This document shows, one piece after another, positions 10,079 to 18,566 of a DNA stretch of 64,000 bases. Under the pieces are notes generated by a model that ran no database searches, had not been told where the DNA came from, and was given only the letters and a program-made list of their open reading frames with translations. How positions within the stretch are numbered: position 1 is the first letter of the stretch; each line of letters starts with the position of its first letter. The translations under genes and the position numbers were made by a program. The DNA comes from a virus (taxonomy: Duplodnaviria > Caudoviricetes), in IMG/VR virus record IMGVR_UViG_3300048496_000021, positions 31,911 to 95,910 of that record, one strand, 5' to 3'.

Positions 10079-10810
10079 ATGAAACAAAGGAGTAAAATAG
10101 TGAAGCAAAGCATGGATAAAAAAAGTTTAGGCAACAGAATGAAAGAAAATTATGAAAAAGTGTTTATGGCGCAACTGCCGTTACGTATGCCAGTCGTGTT
10201 AAGACTAGACGGGAGGGCCTTTCACACATTCACAAGAGGGTTAGCCAAGCCATACGATTTAGAATTTTGTAAGAAGATGGACAAAACGGCAAAATACTTA
10301 TGCGAAAACATACAGGGTGCTGAAATGGCATATGTTCAAAGCGACGAGATTTCTATACTATTACACAACTACAAAAGATTGAATTCGGAGGCATGGTTCA
10401 ATAATGAAATTCAGAAAATGGCAAGTATTTCCTCGGGGCTAGCTTCATCCTACTTCACGTTGAACGGATACGGAAAACTCGCACAATTTGATTCAAGATC
10501 ATTTGTGTTGCCAGAGAATGAAGTTTGTAACTACTTTATATGGAGACAACAAGACTGGGAACGCAATTCTATACAGATGTTAGCGCAAAGTCTCTATTCA
10601 CATAAGGAGTTGCACGGCAAAAATAATAACATCTTGCAAGGCATGTGTTTCGATAAAGGGGAGAACTGGAATGATCTTTCAACTTATTTGAGGAGAGGTA
10701 GAGCAGTCGTAAAAGATAGCGAAGGTGGATGGTGTGTAGATGCTGAAATTCCGAAATTTACGGCAGATAGAGCATATGTAGAAAAACTATTGAGTGTGAT
10801 AGAAGAATAG
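10079..10810 (+). CDS. tRNA(His) guanylyltransferase / Thg1-like 3'-5' polymerase (likely start 10100 or 10112)
   Basis: RMK.YE, RLDGRAFHTFT, YVQSDEIS, FDSR, YFIWRQQD..RNS motifs. Confidence 0.92.
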   Translation: MKQRSKIVKQSMDKKSLGNRMKENYEKVFMAQLPLRMPVVLRLDGRAFHTFTRGLAKPYDLEFCKKMDKTAKYLCENIQGAEMAYVQSDEISILLHNYKRLNSEAWFNNEIQKMASISSGLASSYFTLNGYGKLAQFDSRSFVLPENEVCNYFIWRQQDWERNSIQMLAQSLYSHKELHGKNNNILQGMCFDKGENWNDLSTYLRRGRAVVKDSEGGWCVDAEIPKFTADRAYVEKLLSVIEE

Positions 10811-10916
10811 CCAAACATACGATATTCGAATAGGTGGGGCATTAAAACCACCATCAAGTGTCCATCCCAGCCACCTTTTAGGTGTCGAAAGATGTGTTAC
10901 GAAAAAGCGAGAAGGC

Positions 10917-11168
10917 ATGAATAAAAAAGAACTGCACCTAGAAGATCTTACGGAAAAGGACAAAGAATACCTGTACAGTCACATTAAATTGAACAACTCG
11001 CAATTGTACAGTGATGTAGAAAATGGCTTAAAAAACGGAATGCCGCTGGGCTACATTATTGAGGCTCTCGAAGGAAGCTCTCTTCCTGATAATATAAAAA
11101 AAATATCAATAGATCTTTTAGAGTGGAAATATGATCAAATAATATCACATTCGAAACAGGCATTGTGA
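10917..11168 (+). CDS. hypothetical protein
   Basis: ORF between junction motifs. Confidence 0.55.
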   Translation: MNKKELHLEDLTEKDKEYLYSHIKLNNSQLYSDVENGLKNGMPLGYIIEALEGSSLPDNIKKISIDLLEWKYDQIISHSKQAL

Positions 11169-11183
11169 CAAAAGGAAAATCAA

Positions 11184-11372
11184 ATGAGCAATAAGAAGTA
11201 TAAAGTGATTATAACCTGTCCAGACTGTACAGGAGTAGACTTTCAGGGATGTGGAGATGGTTATCCATGGGAGCTGGATGAAACATTCGACACTATCGAA
11301 GAAGCCAATGATGCCGGAGACGAGGCAACTGGCGACACATGGGAATATGAAGTAGTTCCCGAAGAAATCTAG
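11184..11372 (+). CDS. small acidic Cys-containing protein
   Basis: CPDC..GC; RBS. Confidence 0.55.
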   Translation: MSNKKYKVIITCPDCTGVDFQGCGDGYPWELDETFDTIEEANDAGDEATGDTWEYEVVPEEI

Positions 11373-11670
11373 AAATAAAAGAAAGTTTATGCAAACAGAA
11401 TTAATCTTAAGGATATTAAAATGAAAGAAAAGATATTGCACCATCTTGGTTTTAAAACTGTAAAGTGGGCGATCGAAAACGGCTTCACGAATCACGGCAA
11501 ATATTATTTCGGAATTATCCCGCAAAGGACATTGGGGGTGCGAAATGTTGATTTTGCGTAGACTTTTGTCGTCAAGCGTTTGTACGCAATTTAAACGTAC
11601 ATCAAACCTATTTCGGTATATATTCTATATACCGTTTGACAAGATAAGATGGAAAATCAAAAAGCTCTTT

Positions 11671-12510
11671 ATGGGTGAACTTATTTTAGATAATGGCGTT
11701 GGTCGGCTATTAAATTTACTGATCAATGCAAAAGAACTAGAAGGCAATAGTAAAAGTCATCTTTGCTGGTGCTATTTATTAAACATTGATTTAGACAACT
11801 CAACAAAACCTGAGTTTTGGAAAAAATATAGTGAGGCGATGGAGTTACCGGATATTGCCAAATTACAAATTGAAACACATCTGAGCGGGACATATAATTA
11901 TAAGAAATATTTATCGTGGTATACAAATACAAGAAGCGCCTTTGATAATCATGAACTTAAAGGATCATGGGTTAGTTTTACAAATGGTATTACCAATGGC
12001 GACCTAGATTCTTTAGGCCATGCTATGAATATGTTAGCAACACAATTTAGTGAAGAAAAAATCAAAGTTAATGACATAAAAGAGATCAAAGATAATATAT
12101 TAATCTTAATTGAAGAAATAAGCGATTCAAAAATTGATCCAAAGCTGAAAAAATTCATACTGGAACAGTTGAATAACTTGCATTATTGTATACAAAATTA
12201 TCATATTAATGGCATAGATTTTGTTGAAAAAACAATGAAATTATTAATCGGCTCTTTCACTTCTGGAGCACAAGAAGTCAATGATCTAAATAAAAGTGAT
12301 ATAGGTAAAAAATGCACTTCATTTTTTGCAGAGTGTTTTAAAAAGTTAATACCAATAACCTTTAGAACTAGTGGTGAATATTTGGTTGCAAAAATAACTA
12401 TGATGTTATCTGGTGATGTTGAAATAATCGACGACATACAAGCAGAAAAAAATATTGTAGACGGCGATATTGTAGAACTAGAAATACCTAACCAACACAT
12501 CGATCCATAA
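11671..12510 (+). CDS. IS passenger protein, unknown function
   Basis: long AT-rich ORF; ATG 11671 is the likely start. Confidence 0.65.
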   Translation: MGELILDNGVGRLLNLLINAKELEGNSKSHLCWCYLLNIDLDNSTKPEFWKKYSEAMELPDIAKLQIETHLSGTYNYKKYLSWYTNTRSAFDNHELKGSWVSFTNGITNGDLDSLGHAMNMLATQFSEEKIKVNDIKEIKDNILILIEEISDSKIDPKLKKFILEQLNNLHYCIQNYHINGIDFVEKTMKLLIGSFTSGAQEVNDLNKSDIGKKCTSFFAECFKKLIPITFRTSGEYLVAKITMMLSGDVEIIDDIQAEKNIVDGDIVELEIPNQHIDP

Positions 12511-13477
12511 GTATTTCAAAGTTATCTTCATCAAACCGATGATTGTACCGAAAACAAAACTCATTCACATAAGCCTGTAGGTATTCAACCGATACATGAT
12601 GAAAACTCCCAATAATACCACGCTTTAAAATCGCCCAGAAGCTCTCTACTGTATTAACATGAGTATTCCCTCTAACATATTGCCCAGAGGAATGATTTAC
12701 AATTGAATGCTGATAACCATTTTTACCGAGAATCCGGTATGATCTAAACTCATCGGTGAAGATATTCGCTGACTTTGCGGCCACCTCTTCAATGATCAAG
12801 AGTAGTTGTTTTCCGGTAAGCTTTTTACTTTGCTTGTTTGGCAGAGCTACACGAGCATGAATCTTTTTGTTATCCCGGCCAAGAACACCGACAACTGGAG
12901 TTTTGCGAGTGCCGCGACCTCGCTTGTGAACTTTGCCATCACCCTTACGGGGCTTCCCGCCAACGTAAGTTTCATCTACCTCAATGATAGTTTCAAACTC
13001 TTCACGCTCTACAGTATCCCCCATTGCATTTCTAATCTCGTGCATCATGCGCCAAGCGGTCTTATATGATCCACCAATACCCCGGTGAAGTTGGCAAGCA
13101 GAGACGCCCTTCTTTGCGTTGATCATAAAGTGGAGAGCGTAAATCCATTTTCTGAGATCGATCTTTGTGTGGTGAAAGACACTTGATGTGAAGATAGAGA
13201 AAGAGTTGTTACATGCGTTACATTGGAACTTCTTTGGAGTTTTCTTTCTATGTGTGACCTGAACAGAGCCACAATGTGAGCAATAAACGCCATGTGGGTA
13301 TTTGCGTTCAATGAACTCTTTAATGAAAGTCATCTCGTCAGGGTATCGGGCGAATACTTCAAAGATACCGACACCAATTGATTTCGGGTCTTTCGGCTTT
13401 TTGCCTTCCTCCTTGAGCTTTCTTTCGAGTTCGTCGTTTTCTTTCTGGCAAGCTGTTCTGTTGTCTTGATTGATCAT
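12488..13477 (-). CDS. IS1595 family DDE transposase
   Basis: Zn ribbon CSHC/CNAC, EVDETYVGG, FTDE, VNHS, HVNTVESFW..LKR, YVNEFCFRYN. Confidence 0.96.
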   Translation of the reverse strand: MINQDNRTACQKENDELERKLKEEGKKPKDPKSIGVGIFEVFARYPDEMTFIKEFIERKYPHGVYCSHCGSVQVTHRKKTPKKFQCNACNNSFSIFTSSVFHHTKIDLRKWIYALHFMINAKKGVSACQLHRGIGGSYKTAWRMMHEIRNAMGDTVEREEFETIIEVDETYVGGKPRKGDGKVHKRGRGTRKTPVVGVLGRDNKKIHARVALPNKQSKKLTGKQLLLIIEEVAAKSANIFTDEFRSYRILGKNGYQHSIVNHSSGQYVRGNTHVNTVESFWAILKRGIIGSFHHVSVEYLQAYVNEFCFRYNHRFDEDNFEILMDRCVG

Positions 13478-13488
13478 GTGTATACAGT

Positions 13489-13534
13489 AACACACGGACG
13501 TGTGTTGTCAATTAAAAACACACAAAAGTGTGTT
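13489..13534. promoter_or_regulatory. two palindromic operators AACACAC-N4-GTGTGTT between the divergent transposase and XRE regulator
   Basis: 13489-13506 and 13517-13534, flanking minus-strand TTGACA at 13506-13511. Confidence 0.75.
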
Positions 13535-13575
13535 AAAAGTAGTCGTTTTACAGGAAAAATGTTACTTTTTTACTT

Positions 13576-13791
13576 ATGGAAACGAAAACCAAAGATGAAA
13601 TGCTGGATTATTTATATGAAACGCTGGAAAAAGTTAGATCCGAGAATAAATTAACCAAAAAAGAGTTTGCCGAAAAGGCCGGGTTTTCTCAGAACTGGTA
13701 TCAACAAGCTTTAAAGCAGAAGCGGGATATTTCCTATACAGATGTATCCCGCATGGCTGCTCACTATAAGATTAACTTACAGATTTTTTAA
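13576..13791 (+). CDS. XRE-family HTH regulator
   Basis: LTKKEFAEKAGFSQNW helix-turn-helix. Confidence 0.8.
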   Translation: METKTKDEMLDYLYETLEKVRSENKLTKKEFAEKAGFSQNWYQQALKQKRDISYTDVSRMAAHYKINLQIF

Positions 13792-14258
13792 GACGAATCT
13801 ACTTGAGCTTACGTCGCTCTTCATCGATCCGTGCTTGTTCTCGTCGTGCTTCTGCTTCGATCTTACGTAAATCTGACTTCAATCTCTGTTCGGCTTGACG
13901 AACTTTTGATTGAACCTGACGCATTTTCGATTTAAAAGCACTAGCGTTAAAACGTGGCATGTTGTGCCCTCTAGATAAATTTCCGATTTAGACTTGACAA
14001 TATTATGTCGATTATTAAACTTGGTTCCCTTTGGGGGGTCAGTTTTAGTCCTTGCGGATCGCATATCATTGAAACTTCAACTTCCAATGATATGCGCTGA
14101 CATCTCTATCAGATTAAATATTAGAGATCTTATGTCGCATCTTTACCAATATCTACATTTAGTTAACAAAAGTCACCTGCCTTGTCAACTCAATGTGGAT
14201 AACTTTTATCAAAAAGTTGAAGCTATATAATTTTAAGAAATTAATTGGATCTTTTATC

Positions 14259-14504
14259 TCACTTCAAATGTTCAGTAAACCACTCTAACGGCTTACCGTA
14301 AGCCTTAGCAAAGTCAGCCAGTTCTATGACATCGAGCCGTCTTTGCCTGTTCTCAAGCTTGGAAATATAGTCTTGACGCCAGCCTAACTTATCGGCTGCC
14401 TCTTCTTGAGTGAGATCAGCCTCTTTCCTTGCCTTGATTAGCTTTTCAATCAAGACTTTATACTCTGGACGGTGAATGGTATTGTATTTTTCCACTTTAC
14501 ACAT
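14259..14504 (-). CDS. XRE-family HTH regulator
   Basis: ARKEADLTQEEAADKLG..ISKLEN.QRRLDVIEL. Confidence 0.88.
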   Translation of the reverse strand: MCKVEKYNTIHRPEYKVLIEKLIKARKEADLTQEEAADKLGWRQDYISKLENRQRRLDVIELADFAKAYGKPLEWFTEHLK

Positions 14505-14557
14505 TATATGCGATAATTGAATATATGCAAAATTCGCATGACTAAAGAGGTGGGCAA

Positions 14558-14755
14558 GTGGAAAAGTCTTTAATGTATGAAGAAGCGAGACTTGAAAAAG
14601 CTCGCATAGAGGGCGTTATAACAGGTTTGACATTAGCAATGGAACTCAGCTTTGATCCGGGGTGTATCATTAAAGCAAAAGATGAATATGAAAGCCTGTT
14701 AAACAAAGTTTTAAATGATCCTGAAAAATACCTAGCGGGTAACAATGAGTGTTAA
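14558..14755 (+). CDS. IS passenger hypothetical protein
   Basis: GAGG RBS, ORF. Confidence 0.5.
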   Translation: MEKSLMYEEARLEKARIEGVITGLTLAMELSFDPGCIIKAKDEYESLLNKVLNDPEKYLAGNNEC

Positions 14756-15086
14756 AGTGGCTGATTACTGGATTGTAGCCGCGAAGATAAGCCCTAAAAA
14801 TAAAAACACATATAGCAGGCTTTATGTAAGGCCGTACATTAAAAACTACGGACTGGACAAAGTTGTTGAATTAACAAGAAAAGAATTCATGGCTTTATTA
14901 AAAAGCGGAAAATCATTCATTTGTGCAAGATATTTCCCCGAAACAAAGACTTACGAATATAGCGGTTCTGTCTTTATGCATTATAATGATGAACAACGGA
15001 AAGCTTATCTTTGGGAAATACCGTATACGTTTACAAAAGATTACATGGAAGACTTGCCGGAAAAAGTGCCTGACGATTGGGATTAG
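14745..15086 (+). CDS. DUF3892-like protein
   Basis: ADYWI.A..; C-terminal D.MEDLPE pattern. Confidence 0.5.
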   Translation: MSVKVADYWIVAAKISPKNKNTYSRLYVRPYIKNYGLDKVVELTRKEFMALLKSGKSFICARYFPETKTYEYSGSVFMHYNDEQRKAYLWEIPYTFTKDYMEDLPEKVPDDWD

Positions 15087-15310
15087 CTTGCCGATCTTTG
15101 ACATGAACCACTTTAATGAAGATAACTTTGAAATACTTATGGATCGGTGTGCTGGGGGGGGGGTAATAAGAAATATAAATATCGTTGACAATCTAAGTAT
15201 GTTATTTATATTTTCTTTGATTGTGTTATGTCACAATTAATTTTTAAAAGGTTTAAGTCACACAAAAATTGTGTTGACAATATGTTTTATATGTACGATA
15301 TTATTATTGA

Positions 15311-15416
15311 TACACTATGCAAAAAAGTTGCATTATTAACACTGCTCAAATATGAGCGAATAACACTGAGCCAAAGGCTCTAAATTCTCCTAAGCCACCC
15401 TTCGGGGTGGCTTTTT
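15311..15416 (+). ncRNA. candidate leader/antitoxin RNA: 3 x (ACACT + 5-6 bp hairpin) followed by an intrinsic terminator
   Basis: hairpins ATGCAA/TTGCAT, GCTCA/TGAGC, GAGCC/GGCTC; terminator AAGCCACCC-TTCG-GGGTGGCTT-TTT; TTGACA at 15274. Confidence 0.6.
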
Positions 15417-15419
15417 AAT

Positions 15420-16139
15420 ATGCTTATGAAAAAAAGAACTGTAATTTTAATTGATGGTCAAAACCTTTTTTACTCATTAAAAAGCCTAGGGATATATGAA
15501 AAAAATATCCACTGGTCAAAATTCTTTTCTGACTTAATTAGTGAAGAAGATGAGCTTGTTAGGAGTTACTGGTTTAGACCAGAAAAGATTCATGATTCCT
15601 ATTTAACACGAGATAATATTACTACCACTATAATTAAAAAACATTGCGGGAGTTATTTGGATGACTTCAAAAGAACAAAGCAGATACCAAGTCAACATGA
15701 ATCGACAATAAATGAAAAAATTGAAGAAGTTGAAAGATGGATAAATGATCAAAAGCGTAAATTTTCACAAATTGCCTATAATTATGATCAAATATCTCTC
15801 AATTATGGTGACATAGAAATTGTAAAAACAGGAATGGTTAAAATTGATCCCCATAAAAAAATGTATTTATCTGAAAAAGGTGTTGATATTGCGCTAGCTG
15901 TGAAAATGATTTCATTAAGTGTTGAAAACAAAGCAGATAAAATAATATTAGTTAGTGGAGATTATGATTACTCTGAAGCGATTAAATTTGTTAAAAATAA
16001 TATGACAAAATTACATATTGTAAAATTCCATAAGGGCTATCCTCCAACAAATAAAAATATGTCAAGAGATCTTTCTGTTTTAGCTGATAAAATAATTGAC
16101 ATTTACCAGTCTGACATTAGCGCTAAATATACTGTATAA
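15420..16139 (+). CDS. NYN-domain (PIN-like) ribonuclease
   Basis: IDGQNL, EKGVDIALA, LVSGDYDY catalytic motifs. Confidence 0.9.
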   Translation: MLMKKRTVILIDGQNLFYSLKSLGIYEKNIHWSKFFSDLISEEDELVRSYWFRPEKIHDSYLTRDNITTTIIKKHCGSYLDDFKRTKQIPSQHESTINEKIEEVERWINDQKRKFSQIAYNYDQISLNYGDIEIVKTGMVKIDPHKKMYLSEKGVDIALAVKMISLSVENKADKIILVSGDYDYSEAIKFVKNNMTKLHIVKFHKGYPPTNKNMSRDLSVLADKIIDIYQSDISAKYTV

Positions 16140-16693
16140 AATCCATGTCCTTTGCGGGATAATTCCGTATTATTTTGTTCCGATATATTTAAAAGATCCA
16201 GGCAACGGTATGGAAATTGTGGAAAAGCATATCCTCCTATACCCGCTTACGGCACTCTTGTCGTGGTGTGAGAATATTTTCAACGCTATAGAGTCAGTTC
16301 TATTCGGGGAGCCGAATGGTTTCAGGTTTAAAATCGGCGATAAGCTGAAGAGTGGCAAGCAATGAGAGATAGAAAAAATGAGATTTTATGGCTAAAATAA
16401 GCAAAATTAAAATATTACTATTCGGTCTTCAGGTAGTGTGCTTCATTGTCTCTGTAGTTATGATTGCAGATATGAATTTCTTTGGGATGCCGTTCGCCAT
16501 AATGTCTGCTATTCTTGCCTTTATTGTACCAAGAATCTAAGTCAAAAAATGAACAAATGGCAGGTTTCATAAAAACGCCCGCCATGGTTATTTTTTGGGG
16601 AACTTCCAAAAAATGTAATTAAAAAACCCTTTACATAACAATCGATACATTTTAATTATGTCCCATTAGTAGAGATAAGGACTCTAATAGGAC

Positions 16694-17026
16694 ATGCGAA
16701 CACCAATAACAATTGCCGGGGAGCAAATTTACCCGGATGAAGAATACTACATTTCTTATGTGGGCGAACAACGGCTATCCTCCAAGGAACGCAGTGAGTA
16801 TGACAAAATCATGCAATACCCTGGCGTCATGCAGCTCGAAGCGCTGTTTAAATTAAACCCCAAAAGCAACCCAAATATTGTACCTTTGAAGGGTATCAAA
16901 GTACTTCACTATATTTTTGAGCGCGACTATGTCCCTATTTTTGATTCTCATTTCAAAAATACACGCAAAATGACATTGATTAAAAAGGCCCACTATGATG
17001 CCATGGTGGATGCCAAGGAGAGTTAA
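16694..17026 (+). CDS. hypothetical protein
   Basis: ORF with an upstream promoter-like sequence. Confidence 0.6.
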   Translation: MRTPITIAGEQIYPDEEYYISYVGEQRLSSKERSEYDKIMQYPGVMQLEALFKLNPKSNPNIVPLKGIKVLHYIFERDYVPIFDSHFKNTRKMTLIKKAHYDAMVDAKES

Positions 17027-17821
17027 GTGAAATTTCAAAATTTTTTGGACAACATGGGGAAATTCGTTCCCAAAAACGCATATTCATGGACGTCGGCTGG
17101 ATTTCTACGGTTAGTAGAGATGTACAACACCGGGGCCATGCACAACCCTGACAGATACGAGGATCTGATTGTCTTCCCGGAGAATGCGAGTAGACCAAGT
17201 GTAATACCAAACCCATTTCGAGACAAAGCGGAAGATGCTGTGATAAATGCATTGAAGCATGGACATAAGATGGCCTTAGATGGGAAAACTGTCGAGGATG
17301 TGATTGCTGTCTACAAAAACAAGGGCAGCCTAACGGGGGAGCCGGCTGCTTCTGGTGCTGGCCCAGTGAAGACCACAGATGCACCCAAGTCGCAACAGAA
17401 AGGGGGGTCTAGCAAAAAAGGCTCCAAAAAGACAGGTGACCCCAAAGGGAAAAATGAGGGCAAAGAGGAAGAAGATAATAAAAACACGGACTCAGGCAAT
17501 GCCAATCAGGAGGTGGAACCAAGCACGCAAGAGGTGCCAAAATTGACATATGCACTCAAAAGCGGAGAGTTGATCGAATGCACCGACGATGACCCGGCGG
17601 CCGTCACATTGACTCACTTACGGGACATCGTATCTGTCAAAGAAAAGCACTTGTCGGAATCTAGGGTGCCGTATAAACCCTCTGAGTTATGGTTATATTT
17701 ATCAAAAGAAAATGAATACTTTGTCATGCTGACCACTGATCATGATGCCATAAGGTCGATTGATGTTGTCAGCGCATGTCCAATTGATAAGGTTTCGAAG
17801 CTCTTCGCGGCTTACCCATGA
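17027..17821 (+). CDS. hypothetical protein with low-complexity linker
   Basis: GGAG RBS, ORF. Confidence 0.65.
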   Translation: MKFQNFLDNMGKFVPKNAYSWTSAGFLRLVEMYNTGAMHNPDRYEDLIVFPENASRPSVIPNPFRDKAEDAVINALKHGHKMALDGKTVEDVIAVYKNKGSLTGEPAASGAGPVKTTDAPKSQQKGGSSKKGSKKTGDPKGKNEGKEEEDNKNTDSGNANQEVEPSTQEVPKLTYALKSGELIECTDDDPAAVTLTHLRDIVSVKEKHLSESRVPYKPSELWLYLSKENEYFVMLTTDHDAIRSIDVVSACPIDKVSKLFAAYP

Positions 17822-18564
17822 AAATCTCGCCAGACCAAATTGTACATGTTGTCGTAGATTACCTGTCTGGAATCGGGAGGAAAGAGCTCGCCAAGAAGTA
17901 TAATGTATCAGAAAGAACAATCGGTCAACTAATTGCCTCTGAGGACTTGGTTAAGGCGAAAAAAGAAATTGCCAAAAGTTGCACAAATATTGCCGCAAAA
18001 ACGACCTCTGAAAATATGGAAAAAAATGCAGCGGAAGTGTCAGGCCGGTACAATGAGGCTGTGCAACGGAACATTGAGCGACTAAGCACAATCAGCCAAG
18101 TTGCCGATGCGGCAGTTGAAAATGCCATGTATACCACCAAAGGGAAATTGAAAAAAAAACCTGACGTCAGCAAGGTTCTCCAGGTTATGGAGCTGCAACG
18201 CTTGGTGAAAAATGAATACCGAGATACAATCGCAGAGGGAAATTGGGCAAAAGTACAAACAGAATTCAGGGACGTACTCTCTCTTCATGGACTCATGGAG
18301 CGCCTCGTTAAACATGGGCCAAAGATATTCAATCATCCCGACAAAATGATCGGAAAGATAGTTGAGGTAATGTCAAAAAAAGAGCATGTTGAGGCCATGA
18401 AATACAACCGCGTTCCGTATCGAGTTGTAGATATGCTGATGGCTGTTCAGACTGATGTAGTCAAAAAATACGTGAACGAACAAGAAGATCCTGAGAAATT
18501 TGCTGAGGCCATGAAATATGTCGATGACCAAAACGCGAAAATTCAGCCTTTTATGGACAAGTAG
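17818..18564 (+). CDS. putative terminase small subunit (N-terminal HTH)
   Basis: KELAKKYNVSERTI HTH; directly upstream of the large terminase. Confidence 0.6.
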   Translation: MKISPDQIVHVVVDYLSGIGRKELAKKYNVSERTIGQLIASEDLVKAKKEIAKSCTNIAAKTTSENMEKNAAEVSGRYNEAVQRNIERLSTISQVADAAVENAMYTTKGKLKKKPDVSKVLQVMELQRLVKNEYRDTIAEGNWAKVQTEFRDVLSLHGLMERLVKHGPKIFNHPDKMIGKIVEVMSKKEHVEAMKYNRVPYRVVDMLMAVQTDVVKKYVNEQEDPEKFAEAMKYVDDQNAKIQPFMDK

Positions 18565-18566
18565 AT

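Larger units (their letters stand above)
11510..16167. mobile_element. IS1595-family (ISNha5 group) transporter IS with passenger genes, 4658 bp
   Basis: 23-bp TIR CGGAATTATCCCGCAAAGGACAT (11510-11532 / 16145-16167); 8-bp TSD TATTATTT (11502-11509, 16168-16175); CGGnnTT ends. Confidence 0.93.
11421..16365 (+). pseudogene. ~92 aa phage gene interrupted by the IS (11421-11509 + 16176-16365)
   Basis: removing the IS and one TSD copy restores the frame MKEKILHHLG..NHGKYYF|VPIYLKDPG..KSGKQ*. Confidence 0.85.

Noticed and set aside
9625-10830. Additional junction-motif copies near 9625 and 10808 (also 596, 1245, 16371, 37007)
   Set aside because: Arm spacing or sequence is too degenerate to count without a PWM.
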